58,444 nt of DNA, taken from assembly GCA_002269645.1 (NCBI GenBank), contig NIVC01004140.1:1-58444 (forward strand), read 5' to 3'. The notes below the pieces were generated by a model. The model had not been told where the DNA came from. It was given only the letters and a program-made list of their open reading frames with translations, and did not search any database. A program made the position numbers and the translations under genes. The stretch is from Macrostomum lignano (taxonomy: Eukaryota). The number at the start of each line of letters is the position of its first letter. The first letter of the stretch is position 1. Shown here piece after piece: positions 34,371 to 47,900 of the stretch.

Positions 34371-35333
34371 TTGTTTCCTCAATATTACATATATACTTTA
34401 CCGATCATGCAGCTGCTGGCATCCCGTCGGCTATGGTTTCTAGACGGCACTTTTGATGTCGTCCATGCACCATTCAAGCAACTCTACTCTGTGCACTGCT
34501 ACATCCGGCAAGGAACGACAGTCAAACAAGTGCCCCTGGCATTCGCTATAATGTCAGGCAAGGCTGTCAACGACTATATGCTGTATTTCAATCGCTGCGG
34601 GAGGCAATCGGCAACACAACACCCGAAGTCTGCATAATGGACTTTGAGGCTGCTGTATGGCAGGCCTTGCGAGCCGTCTTCCCTATGGTCAGGCTTCAAG
34701 GCTGCCTTTTTCACTACGCACAGGCAATATTTCGTCGCGTTCAATATCTAGGACTGCAACAGGCCTACCTGATGGACCCAGGTACGAAGAATTTCACCAG
34801 GATGCTGATGGGCCTGCCCTACCTACCGTACCAGCACATGAACGACGGCCTAGCACAAGTCGTCACCGGAGTGCAAGCGCCGCTTTTACTGGACCTGGCT
34901 GAGTATGTCAACAGTACGTGGCTGACCAACCTAGTGCATAGCGCTGCTGAAATAAGCGTACGTTTACGGCCAGTCCATTCGGACAAACAACGAGGTGGAA
35001 GGCTGGCATCGGCGACTGAAGCAGCGGGCTGAGAGAGTGCAACTCACCCTGTACCCTCTAATTCAACTGCTCCACACGGAGGCGCTGCTGGTACCCGTGC
35101 ACGCCGCGCTGGTGCAACAAGGAGTACAAGAGCGGCAGCATCGGGCGCGGTACGAGCGGCTGCAAGTGCAAGTGGAGCGATATTGGGCGCAGTACCGCAG
35201 CGGCGCGCGCTTTCTATTCGTGCATTTCTGCTCAGCTGCACAAGACTTGGCCACATTCCGCATTTCGCACACGGCAGGGCACAACAGCAGCAGCAGCAAC
35301 AATAAAAGTGCAGCTAAGTATAAGACTTTTTAA
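34371..35333 (+). pseudogene. MULE transposase, frameshifted
   Basis: [38 protein letters not shown] and RTNNEVEGWH lie across three frames; -1 nt near 34580 and a 4-nt insertion near 34960; N-terminus unresolved. Confidence 0.88.
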
Positions 35334-36975
35334 TTCGTTAATTGGACTGTGTTTTACAACCATGGTTTTTACCTGATTATATATGTAGCATTCACTATAT
35401 ATTATATTATATATTTTATGTCTGCGCTTCGTACATGAACCATATGCTGTTGCAATGTAATGTACAGTTTCCAAGAAGTCCTAATATTGCAATTTTCTTA
35501 AAATAATATATTTTTCTTTTGTCTGCATTTACGAGTAGTACCGTACTAGAGCGTTATGGACATTCAAGCATACAAACCTTAGAGATTTAGTATATTTGGA
35601 TTACCGCTTACCGTACAGAACTACATGTACTATTATAGGTTTTAAGTATAGTGTGTGCATATAATATATATTATTATATAAATTTTAATGCGTGATTGAC
35701 ATCGACATGACCATAAATGTAATGGTTAATTTGGAATGCTTTATATATATTTTTAAAATACACCATGTAGAGTGGACCATTTGAAGCGTTATCTTTGGTC
35801 CAGTACCCATCAACTACTCCTTAATGAATTTCTACATGTACATCCAAAAATTTGTCATGCAAATGTGTAACATGGGATATCAACCGCGTCATACTGCACA
35901 CGTTTCAAACACATTGTTTGTTAATGTATAGTCAGAGACGCATCGATTGAAGCCGGCAGATGTTGCGGCAGAAGGGTATCTATATATTAATTAGCATGTC
36001 GACTTAGTCATTTCAAGGTTCAGTTTTTGTTTTTTTGCGGCCGCGGGGGTAGTTTATTGGCAGTTGACGAAGTGACCAATGTTGGGGAACTCCCCGTTGG
36101 TCAGTTGACGAAGTGACCGAGGTTTGAGATCGCTTCATTGGCTAGTTGACGAAACGACCAATGCAAAAACTGAGTTGACGAAATGGCCAGTTGACGAAAC
36201 GCCAGTTGACGAAATGACTAGGACCCCATATCCATTCGCCATTCCCATACCCAGGCTCTACTCAACTCATAGACTAGGGGGACATAGACTCATCTCAGAC
36301 TCATAGTTGTCTCTGAAGAGATGAAATTTTTGTCTCTTCTTGGCTGTAACTAGTAAATTCACATTCACTCTTTTGATCTGTTCGTTTCCTAATCGCATGT
36401 TTTAGTTAATTTTCCGATTACCTTTTTGACATAGGCCTATCAAATAACGCGAATTGAGACCGTGTTTAAATTAAATTGATTGACTGCTGCAAGCGCGTTA
36501 AAACTTTAGTTTAATAAAACAAAACCTATAATATCGTTAACATAAAAAGCTAAAAAGCGAAGCAAAGAAGCATTTGTAAAAGTATAACAACAAATTTAGT
36601 TTATTTTAATATTTTAATTTTAAAAGCTAGTCATGGGATTTAGCGTTATTTGGAGTTTTTAAATGTTACCTTTTTCACAGCCGCCGGCGCGTCGATCCGC
36701 GCGCCAGTGAGCCCACTGGAGCCCCGAAGATTTTATTTTATTAGCTTTTCTGCTTTAAGTTAAATTTGATTGTGTTACGGCCAGCAGCTACAAAATAAGC
36801 ACTACACTAGGCTTAAACTTAAGCCTACAACCGGTGAATTCGATCGGTAATAATTTTCAGTGACAAATTTAATTTAATTATGCATGCCTTAATATTTGGC
36901 AATCTTCTACTTTAAATTATTTTCCCGTGAAAAATAGTGTAAAATACGAAGTCATTAGTCCTCAGAGTGTCAATA

Positions 36976-37240
36976 TTAGTGCCTAACCCAATACAGGAAG
37001 TTCCCAAACACTTTTGGCGGCGGGAAGAGGCGGCGCCACAGGTACTCATTGAGGTGGGTGTCAAACAGGGCGTCGATAGTGCCGTGCATCGCCCTGAATT
37101 TGGCCTTGACGCCTTCCCATGAGGGCCATGACCCCTCAATGGTGTTCGTATGGACGGTCGGGTCGTGGGGGTCCACGAAATGGAGTCAATGATTGACAGC
37201 CAAGGGATTCTGCAAGCCATTGTAGCCTGTAGGTCTGCCT
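36976..37240 (-). pseudogene. Merlin/IS1595-type transposase C-terminal remnant
   Basis: GYNGL...VNH*LHFVDPHDPTVHTNTIEGSW...KAKFRAMHGT...HLNEYLWRR matches the recalled ISXO2-like signature. Confidence 0.72.
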
Positions 37241-37302
37241 GATAGGCTGAAAAGTTTGTGTAAATATGAAAATAATTTAATGCAGTAAACTAGAAGATTG
37301 CC

Positions 37303-37416
37303 GCCTTTATTACCCTAAGGCCTAAGACAAAACAAAATGTCTAAAACTAAAAATATAAGGCAATATATTTCGTTTTTCGTCTTAGGCCTTAGGCCTTAGG
37401 TTAGGGTAATAAAGGC
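37303..37416. mobile_element. Mini inverted-repeat element
   Basis: GCCTTTATTACCCTAAGGCCTAAGAC ... GTCTTAGGCCTTAGG...GGTAATAAAGGC. Confidence 0.5.
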
Positions 37417-37584
37417 TTCTAGTCAATCTGGCAACAAGACAATCTGGCAACAGATTTTTTGGATTTTAGATACAAACGCAACTTTACATATAGTTTTTAA
37501 TTTTACATGTAGAGAATTAACTTTAGGATTGTATCTTTTCTAATAAAAATTGTACATTATGGCTGTACTAATGCATTTCTAAAA

Positions 37585-37986
37585 CGAAGAGCTTACGTGC
37601 ACGGCCGCCGTTCACGTAAGCTCAGAATTGCATGCAGGGCAGAGCTATATCTTATAGGCTTATATATAGTAAGTCATATACTATTCGAATTAATATTTAA
37701 GTTAACAAAAAACAATGAATTAAGATTACATTTGCAGTCCATGGTGTACAGGGGATAAAACATTATAAAACAATATAGTAAAAATATTTTTTAAATAGGT
37801 TTGCCAATGCCAATGCATGGATTTAAGGGCCCCAGTCCCGGACAATTGCCGGCTGCCATGCACGCAATTACAACACTAGGTGGACGGCTGCATACATGCA
37901 AATAAAGCACTAGGTAGATAGCCGCCGTGCACGCAATTCTGACTTCTGAGCTTACGTGAATGGCTGCCGTGCACGCAAGCTCTTCA
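37585..37986. mobile_element. MULE-type MITE, 402 bp
   Basis: ~65-bp TIRs (GAAGAGCTTRCGTGCACGGCMGCCRTTCACGTAAGCTCAGAA...); 9-bp TSD TTTCTAAAA (37576-84, 37987-95). Confidence 0.85.
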
Positions 37987-38299
37987 TTTCTAAAATAATT
38001 TATAGTATATTGTCAAACATTTTAATATAATAGTATATCTGAGAAGAGGATAAAACTACTTGTAGTATGTGGCCCTTAGTGAAATTAAGGAATGCATAAT
38101 AGAACACATCCAATTAAAAATAAATAGCAATCCTATATACTTCCTATATACTAATAATAATATCAATAGTAATAATAATAATATTAATATTAATATTGAT
38201 AGCAATAATAATAAAAACAATTATAATAAAAATAATAATAAAAGCTTTCTAATCTGTTTAAATGCCAAATAGTCTATTTAATAGCATTTTACTACACCT

Positions 38300-38766
38300 T
38301 ATTACCAGATTGACTATTACCATTTTGATTATTACTAGATTGTCTATTACCAGATTGTCTATTGCCAGATTGTCTATTACCAGATTGTCTATTACCAGAT
38401 TGTCTATTACCAGATTGTCTATTACCAGATTGCCTATTGCCAGATTGTCTATTACCAGATTGTCTATTACCAGATTGTCTATTACCAGATTGTCTATTAC
38501 CAGATTGTCTATTACCAGATTGCCTATTACCAGATTGCCTATTACCAGATTGCCTATTGCCAGATTGTCTATTACCAGATTGTCTATTACCAGATTGCCT
38601 ATTACCAGATTGTCTATTACCAGATTGTCTATTACCAGATTGTCTATTACCAGATTGTCTATTACCAGATTGTCTATTACCAGATTGTCTATTACCAGAT
38701 TGTCTATTACCAGATTGTCTATTACCAGATTGTCTATTACCAGATTGCCTATTGCCAGATTGACTG
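38300..38766. repeat. 15-bp minisatellite (CCAGATTGTCTATTA)n, ~29 copies
   Basis: Direct observation. Confidence 0.95.
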
Positions 38767-39606
38767 GAAACTATAATAAAAATAGGGAGAAAAAGAAATT
38801 GTATAAACTCTAATTTAATAATTCTAAATCTTAATACTTATTTAAACTTGTAACTACTTATGTTACCCTATTTGCTATCAAAGTACACATTAAATTGATT
38901 TAGTAGTATTTAGAAGGTTTGAAATTGTAGTAAGAAGTATATAATTATTAACTTTTTCTAGACTTGGCCTTAAAGGTCTATAATTAAACTAGATTTTTTC
39001 CTTTTTATTCTATATTTATAGGCCTATAGGCCTAGGGTCTAGAAAATAGTATATTCCATTTTATTGAATCAATCAATCAATCACTAAGCATCAACTATCA
39101 ATCAATAGTATTATTAATAATCACATAACTGACCATAAACTATCAACATATGAATATGATCTCACTATTATATATCATAATAAATTCTAACTATAATATT
39201 AGGTCTAATGACATTCATTTTGAACTTTATGCATCTAAGTTATAATCTAATCTAAAAATAAACAATATAAGACAGCCAAGCATTTTAGAGTCAAAATTAG
39301 AAGAAAAAGTTCAACTCTTTCTCAAGCTAATCTAAGACTAGATGATCATTTGTAGAATATTTTATAGATTAAATTACGTACTATTAACTATTTAATCATA
39401 ACCACTGAACTTATTTTAGGATTTATATATTTTCATTGCTTTCAATTTGATTGAGATGATTTTCATTTTGGCCACTATGAAAAATGTAGAATAGTGGATT
39501 GATGCTCCAATGTTGATCACTCTCTTCAGCTATCCACAGCTAAGCTGCTCCAAACAGCAAATCTACTAGTAGCAGTTCCAGCCAGAGCAAAAGCAGATCC
39601 TCCAAC

Positions 39607-41808
39607 ATGCAGCGCCTGCTGTTGCCAAGCCGATCGCTGCTTATGAGCCCTTTGCAGCCAATTTATCGCAGCCTCACAGCAGCATCAACCAGCGGCAGCC
39701 AGGGCCACCAGACTCAGCAGCAGGCTCAGCATGCGGCCAATAGTGGTGATGTCTACCGGCGCATCAACAAGCTACTGGTTGCCAACAGGGGAGAAATTGC
39801 CATCAGAATTTACCGCGCCTGCACCGAGATGGGCGTTCGGACTGTCGGCATTTACAGCGAGGCCGACACCATGCACCTGCACAGGACCATGGCTGATGAG
39901 TCCTACCTAATTGGCAAGGGCATGCAGCCGGTCCAGGCCTACCTTAATATACCTGCTATTATCCAGGTAAGGGACTCGAAATCTTGCTTCTCCTTTTTAC
40001 TCATTCATCTGTTTATTTACTGTCCGATAAATAAATTTTAGCTATCCAAGTCGCCAATTGGACACTTACTCTGTCACTCTCTTAGTCTGTCACTCTTAGT
40101 CTGTCACTCTTAGTCTTTCACTGTCTTAGTCTGTCACTGTCTTACTCTGTCACTCTCTTTGTCTGTCACTCTTACCGTCACTTTTACTGTCACTCTTACT
40201 CTGTCACTCTCAGTGTCACTTCTACTGTCATTCTCACTGTCATTTTACTGTCACTCTTAGTCTGTCACTTTCTTGCTCTACCACTTTTATTCTCACCCGT
40301 ACGCTGTCACTCTGTCAGTCACTTAATGTCACTCTTACTCTGTCAGTCACTTTCTCACTTACCCCCCAACCCAGGTTGCCAAGGAGACGGGCTCGGACGC
40401 CATCCACCCTGGCTACGGCTTCCTATCCGAGCGGTCTGAATTCGCTCAGGCTTGCGCTGACGCCGGCATTTCGTTTGTCGGCCCCCGGCCGGAGACGGTG
40501 AAGCAGATGGGCGACAAAGTGCTGGCCAGGGAGGCGGCCATCGCGGCCGGCGTGGCGGTGGTGCCCGGCAGCCCCGGCCCGGTGACCACCCACGAGGAGG
40601 CGGCCGCCTTCTGCTCAGCTAACAGTTTCCCCGTGATGCTCAAGGCAGCCTACGGCGGCGGCGGTCGCGGCATGCGGATCGTGCGCAAGGAGTCGGAGCT
40701 GGCCGAGGCCTTCAACCGGGCCACCTCGGAGGCCAAGGCCGCATTCGGCAACGGGGCTCTGTTTATCGAGCGCTACGTAGAAAATCCGCGCCACATCGAG
40801 GTGCAAATCCTTGGCGATCGGTACGGAAACATTTTGCACCTGTACGAGAGGGATTGCTCCGTGCAGCGGCGCCATCAGAAGGTTGGTTTGCAGTGCTAGG
40901 GGTAGGGAATACAAAATCCCGAGTAGTTTTGACAATCCCGGGATTCTTTGCATGCCAGTATCAGCTCAGGAAAATCACACTTGATTGTGATTTAACCTGG
41001 GGAATGATAGCTTTACGCTCGTACAGAGCTATGGCCCGAGGTACTGATGCCAGGTTAGAAAGGGGATTAGACCTCACCCTCGTAGGGGCACGCGCCCTTA
41101 GATGGAGCAGCGGTAGCTTTGGTTGTGGTCCGATAGCAATGTCCCACTGTTCTGATCCCAACTACGACCAAAGAGTTTTGAAGGTAGGGACTGCTTAATA
41201 AAAGTAGTTGTACATTACTAATATTACACCTGAGATCTCATTACGATCTGCTGACCGCTTCTGTTTTGTATCCTTCTACTCACTAGCCTGCATGCTTAGA
41301 CGATTAGTAAATCGAAGCGTGATAAATGGGTTATGATTTTCACCTGACAATTGTATCTCAGCTGCAGATAGTACTACTCGAGAATGAATTGATTGAATTA
41401 TTGCAAAGCGGGATCGGGATCCCGATGGTCGATCCCGGACAATTGTGATTTAAGCGTAATCCCGGGATTGTATTCCCTAGCCAGGGGCTCTTGATTGCTG
41501 CATGCTGGGGTGGCTGGGCCTAGCTACATCTGCATCCCAATCGCGTCTCTTACCAGGTGGTGGAGATCGCCCCGGCGCCCAACATCAACCCTGACGTGTG
41601 CCGCAGCATGTGCCTTGACGCCGTCAAGCTGATGCGACACGTCGGCTACGAGAACGCGGGCACGGTGGAGTTCCTGTACGACGTAAAGTCGGGGCAGTAC
41701 TACTTCATTGAGGTCAACGCCAGGCTGCAGGTGGAGCACACCGTTACTGAGGAGATCACCGGCATCGACATCGTGCGGTCTCAGGTAAGCCCGGCTGGCT
41801 GCCTGACT

Positions 41809-41842
<34 letters not shown>

Positions 41843-41911
41843 AACTAAGACGGACAGACAGACAGACAGACAGAAACTAAGACGGACAGACAGACAGACA
41901 GACAGACACTA

Positions 41912-41948
<37 letters not shown>

Positions 41949-44900
41949 CTAAGACGGACAGACAGACACACACACACACACACACGTCACACACAGAGAC
42001 ACTAAGACAGACAGACAGGCACTAAGACGGACAGACAGACACACACAGACAGACACTAAGACAGACAGACACAGACACTAAGACAGACAGACAGACAGAC
42101 ACTAAGACGGACAGACAGACAGACACAGACAGACAGGCACTAAGACGGACAGACAGAAAGACAGACAGACACACACAGACAGACACTAAGACAGACAGAC
42201 AGACAGAAGACAAATAAATAATGACAAGCAAAATAAAGTCAGCGAATTTAATTGCAAGTATTAGCTGAACTGAAACTGAATGCCACATAGTTCATTGCTT
42301 TTCATTACTAAGAAATAAAAGCCACAATTAATTTTGAGCTCTTTGAACTACCTCGCTATTCTGAGCAGTGGAGTCGTTATCGAAGTTTCAATGATCACGT
42401 GCACAGTTAAGCAGTTGTTTAGTTGAGTTAAGAGAGCTCTCTCTCCTGAGATCCTGATCACTTTCTGTTCGAATTTCAGTTTATGCAAAAGCAGAAACTG
42501 CATTTTGTTGCTTCGAATCTGGGTAAAAATTCAGCCAGAGCGAAGTCCGGTTCCAGTTCGAATATGCTCCAGTTTAGCCGCTTATCGGGCTAGCGGCCTG
42601 CTCCAGTTCCACTGTACTTCGATCTTCGATCTGCTAATTCCACTTTAGATAAGCTGCCGCTGTGTCCAGCTAGCTTGCTGCACTGCACAGCTTGTAGTTT
42701 GGGGGTTCCTTCCACCGCGCGACCCTCCTAACCTTGCAGTGTCCCGCCCCGCCATTTCTTATGCAAACTTTCCTTACCCCCGGGGCCTGGACTCTCAAGC
42801 TATTTTTGCTTATAATGCCTCCTTTAGCAGCGACATTAGTTTGAACCTTAGCGCTACGGTAATGCTGAGGGTGCACCGTATGTAGGGAGAGAATTTATCT
42901 TATAGGCCAAGGCACACTGGGTGCATGGCAGAAATAGTGCAACCAGCTTAGCTAACTTGTTCAATACGGCTGTGTATCTGATTTGTGACAGCAGGAGAGC
43001 CAGTCCTCATGGGTGTTACTTCTACGAGCCAGTCCTCATTTCTATGAGCCAGTCCTCATGGGTGCCACTTCTATGAGCCAGTCCTCATTTCTTTGAGCCA
43101 GTCCTCATGGGTGCCACTTCTATGAGCCAGTCCTCATGGGTGCCACTTCTATGAGCCAGTCCTCATTTCTATGAGCCAGTCCTCATTTCTATGAGCCAGT
43201 CCTCATTTCTATGAGCCAGTCCTCATTTCTATGAGCCAGTCCTCATTTCTTTGAGCCAGTCCTCATGGAGGCCACTTCTATGAGCCATTCCTCATAGGTG
43301 CCACTTCTATGAGCCAGTCCTCATTTCTATGAGCCAGTCCTCATTTCTATGAGCCAGTCCTCATGGGTGCCACTTCTATGAGCCAGTCCTCATTTCTATG
43401 AGCCAGTCCTCATGGGTACTACTTCTATGAGCCAGTCCTCATTTCTATGAGCCAGTCCTCATAGGTGCCACTTCTATGAGCCAGTCCTCATTTCTATGAG
43501 CCAGTCCTCATGGGTGCCACTTCTATGAGCCAGTCCTCATGGGTGCCACTTCTATGAGCCAGTCCTCATGGGTGCCACTTCTATGAGCCAGTCCTCATGG
43601 GTGCCACTTCTATGAGCCAGTCCTCATGGGTGCCACTTCTATGAGCCAGTCCTCATGGGTGCCACTTCTATGAGCCAGTCCTCATGGGTGCCACTTCTAT
43701 GAGCCAGTCCTCATGGGTGCCACTTCTATGAGCCAGTTCTTGCTTTTGGCTAAAGACTTAAAAATAAGTTCTGTCCATAGTCTCTCCAGCGCAAGCATTC
43801 CGGGAACTTTTGGGGCACCCCTTGTAGTATGTACTTTTGTTTAGCGAGTTTTGCGGTCCGCTTTAACAAACAAACTATACTTTATAACAAAAACATGTAT
43901 AAAATTATTCTTTTTTGTTAGTCTGTTTGGCTGAAACTTTCGAATGTTGCCAGACCTGCAGGTTTCTCTCTTGAGTCGTCCTTGCAGTGCACCCCCCGTA
44001 TTGTGCAAATGTATGAATGGCACAATGGGTGCTCATAGGCTTCACAGCAGGGTCTTTTCAGTGCGAGACCATTGTTGCGCTCATAATTCAATTGAGAAAG
44101 TAGCAAGTTGTCTCAAGTGCTTGGGAGCAGTGCTCACTGCCTCTACTGTTGGATCGATGCTTTAATTAGCTGTGTCCCTGTCTCTCCCCCCTAGTGTCCA
44201 GCTCACTGCTCACTGAAATTGTGCGCTCTGGTCATGAGCTCAAGCCTGTTTACCGCCGGGTTTGCTTTCTGCTTTATGGTTTTTGCTTTCCGCTATTGTG
44301 TAGAAGGACAGTCTAGGTATGCATGCTTGTCCCCCTGTCTGTTGAGTTTTCTCTTCACTGCTCTCTGTCCATTCAGTCTTCCCTTTCACGTGAATTTGTC
44401 AGTTAATTTTTCTAGTACAGCATTCTCTCTACTATTCACTGTCTGTCAGTATGTCAGGTCTGTAATTTCTATGAGCCAGTCCCCTGGTTAATTATGCCAT
44501 TTCTATGAGCCAGTCCCCTGGTTAATTATGCCATTTCTATGAGCCAGTCCCCTGGTTAATTATGCCATTTCTATGAGCCAGTCCCCTGGTTAATTATGCC
44601 ATTTCTATGAGCCAGTCCCCTGGTTAATTATGCCATTTCTATGAGCCAGTCCCCTGGTTAATTATGCCATTTCTATGAGCCAGTCCCCTGGTTAATTATG
44701 CCATTTCTATGAGCCAGTCCCCTGGTTAATTATGCCATTTCTATGAGCCAGTCCCCTGGTTAATTATGCCATTTCTATGAGCCAGTCCCCTGGTTAATTA
44801 TGCCATTTCTATGAGCCAGTCCCCTGGTTAATTATGCCATTTCTATGAGCCAGTCCCCTGGTTAATTATGCCATTTCTATGAGCCAGTCCCCAGGTTAAT

Positions 44901-47900
44901 TATGCCATTTCTATGAGCCAGTCCCCTGGTTAATTATGCCATTTCTATGAGCCAGTCCCCTGGTTAATTATGCCATTTCTATGAGCCAGTCCCCTGGTTA
45001 ATCCTGCCATTTCTATGAGCCAGTCCTCAGGTTAATTATGCCATTTCTATGAGCCAGTCCCCTGGTTAATTATTCCATTTCTATGAGCCAGTCCCCAGGT
45101 TAATTATGCCATTTCTATGAGCCAGTCCCCTGGTTAATTATTCCATTTCTATGAGCCAGTCCCCTGGTTAATTATGCCATTTCTATGAGCCAGTCCCCTG
45201 GTTAATTATTCCATTTCTATGAGCCAGTCCCCTGGTTAATTATGCCATTTCTATGAGCCAGTCCCCTGGTTAATTATGCCATTTCTATGAGCCAGTCCTC
45301 AGGTTAATTATGCCATTTCTATGAGCCAGTCCCCTGGTTAATTATGCCATTTCTATGAGCCAGTCCCCTGGTTAATTATGCCATTTCTATGAGCCAGTCC
45401 CCTGGTTAATTATGCCATTTCTATGAGCCAGTCCTCAGGTTAATTATGCCATTTCTATGAGCCAGTCCCCTGGTTAATCCTGCCATTTCTAAGAGCCAGT
45501 CCTCAGGTTAATTATGCCATTTCTATGAGCCAGTCCCCAGGTTAATCATGCCATTTCTATGAGCCAGTCCCCTGGTTAATTATGCCATTTCTATTAGCAA
45601 GTCCCCAGGTTAATTATGTCATTTCTATGAGCCAGTCCCCAGGTTAATTATGTCATTTCTATGAGCCAGGGTGGTTAATTATGCCATTTCTATGAGCCAG
45701 TCCCCTGGTTAATTATGCCATTTCTATGAGCCAGTCCCCTGGTTAATTATGCCATTTCTATGAGCCAGTCCCCTGGTTAATTATGCCATTTCTATGAGCC
45801 AGTCCTCAGGTTAATTATGCCATTTCTATGAGCCAGTCCCCTGGTTAATCCTGCCATTTCTAAGAGCCAGTCCTCAGGTTAATTATGCCATTTCTATGAG
45901 CCAGTCCCCAGGTTAATTATGCCATTTCTATGAGCCAGTCCCCTGGTTAATTATGCCATTTCTATGAGCCAGTCCCCAGGTTAATTATGCCATTTCTATG
46001 AGCCAGGGTGGTTAATTATGCCATTTCTATTAGCAAGTCCCCAGGTTAATTATGTCATTTCTATGAGCCAGTCCCCAGGTTAATTATGTCATTTCTATGA
46101 GCCAGGGTGGTTAATTATGCCATTTCTATGAGCCAGTCCCCTGGTTAATTATGCCATTTCTATGAGCCAGTCCCCTGGTTAATTATGCCATTTCTATGAG
46201 CCAGTCCCCTGGTTAATTATGCCATTTCTATGAGCCAGTCCTCAGGTTAATTATGCCATTTCTATGAGCCAGTCCCCTGGTTAATCCTGCCATTTCTAAG
46301 AGCCAGTCCTCAGGTTAATTATGCCATTTCTATGAGCCAGTCCCCAGGTTAATTATGCCATTTCTATGAGCCAGTCCCCTGGTTAATTATGCCATTTCTA
46401 TGAGCCAGTCCCCAGGTTAATTATGCCATTTCTATGAGCCAGGGTGGTTAATTATGCCATTTCTATGAGCCAGTCCCCTGGTTAATTATGCCATTTCTAT
46501 GAGCCAGTCCCCAGGTTAATTATGCCATTTCTATGAGCCAGTCCCCTGGTTAATTATGCCATTTCTATGAGCCAGTCCCCTGGTTAATTATGCCATTTCT
46601 ATGAGCCAGTCCTCAGATTCAGAATATCTTTCTCACTCTGCATCTTGATCATCTCCAGTCAGAAGTACTACGCAGCCTACTCAACTCAACCTGACGCAAT
46701 GCTCAGCTTCCCCACCCCCTGTTCGCTTGTCCGGTCAGATCCGCCTGGCTGAGGGCTTCTCTCTGCGCGACATCGGGCTGAAGCAGGAGCGCATCGAGGT
46801 GAACGGCTACGCCATGCAGTGCCGCGTCACCACCGAGGACGTGTCCAAGGGCTTCCAGCCCGACTCCGGCCGGCTGGAGGTGTTCCGCCCCGGACAGGGC
46901 ATCGGCATCCGGTTGGACTCGGCCAGCGCCTACGCCGGCGCCATCATCTCGCCGTATTACGACAGCCTGCTGTGCAAGGTGATCGCTCACACCAAGGACT
47001 TCCGCGACTGCGCCGCCAAGATGGAACGGGCGCTGCGAGAATTCCGCGTCCGCGGCGTCAAGACCAACATTCCGTTCCTGCTGAACGTGCTGCGCAGCGA
47101 GAAGTTTCTGTCCGGCACCACGGACACTTCGTTTATTGACCAGCACCCGGAGCTGTTCAAGCTGCAGGCTCACAAGAACCGCGCTCAGCGGCTGATCCAC
47201 TTCATTGGTGATTTTCATTCACTGCTGCTGGCATCAATCTCTGATGCCAGCCCTCAGATTTGGTGCCATCTCTGATGCCAGTCCTCAGATTTGATGCCAT
47301 CTCGGATGCCAGTCCTCAGATTTGATGCCATTTCTGATGCCAGTCCTCAGATTTGATGCCATTTCTGATGCCAGCCCTCAGATTTGGTGCCATCTCTGAT
47401 GCCAGTCCTCAGATTTGATGCCATTTTGAATGCCAGCCCTCAGATTTGATGCCATTTTGAATGCCAGTCCTCAGATTTGATGCCATTTTGAATGCCAGTC
47501 CTTAGATTTGATGCCATTTCTGATGCCAGTCCTCAGATTTGATGCCATTTCTGATGCCAGCCCTCAGATTTGTTGCCAGTCCTCAGATTTAATGCCGTTT
47601 CTGATGCCAGCCCTCAGATTTGATGCCATTTTGAATGCCAGCCCTCAGATTTGATGCCATTTCTGATGCCAGTCCTCAGATTTGATGCCATTTCTGATGC
47701 CAGCCCTCAGATTTGATGCCATTTTGAATGCCAGCCCTCAGATTTGATGCCATTTTGAATGCCAGTCCTTAGATTTGATGCCATTTCTGATGCCAGTCCT
47801 CAGATTTGATGCCATTTTGAATGCCAGCCCTCAGATTTGATGCCATTTTGAATGCCAGTCCTCAGATTTGATGCCATTTCTGATGCCAGTCCTCAGATTT

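Larger units (their letters stand above)
15687..36226 (+). mobile_element. Mutator/MULE transposon (~2.7 kb native) inflated to 20.5 kb by nested insertions
   Basis: 38-bp TIRs GGGT(GA/CC)T(G/A)GTCATTTCGTCAACTGGCGTTTCGTCAACT (35/38); perfect 8-bp TSD CATATCCA at 15679-86 and 36227-34; subterminal GTTGACGAA repeats; MULE transposase at 34371-35333. Confidence 0.9.
37415..38771. mobile_element. Foldback-like element with an expanded right-arm 15-bp array
   Basis: Left arm TTCTAGTCAATCTGGCAACAAGACAATCTGGCAA is the inverse of the right end ...CAGATTGCCTATTGCCAGATTGACTGGAAAC. Confidence 0.55.

Noticed and set aside
34955-34970. Transposon excision footprint causing the 4-nt insertion in the MULE transposase
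   Set aside because: AGCGTACGTTTAC fits a simple 4-bp slippage duplication and lacks a duplicated TA.
37380-37410. Interstitial telomeric repeat (TTAGG/TTAGGG)
   Set aside because: Only two to four imperfect units, explained as the arm of the mini inverted-repeat element.
40951-41398. Hammerhead or HDV-like ribozyme, spliced-leader RNA or tRNA head in the structured passenger
   Set aside because: The CTGATG is not followed by A and is not conserved in copy 1. The CCCTCGT loop is CCCTCCT in copy 1 and lacks HDV pseudoknot partners. There is no ATG|GT SL donor and no clear B box.
44465-46617. CRISPR-like array (35-bp repeats)
   Set aside because: Units are contiguous with no unique spacers, lie in a spliceosomal intron, and there are no cas genes. 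The same applies to all other arrays.
46703-47218. Antisense ORFs overlapping GC-rich exons (also 51411-51884, 10056-10883, 1065-1655)
   Set aside because: Expected shadows of strongly GC3-biased coding sequence; no recognisable motifs.
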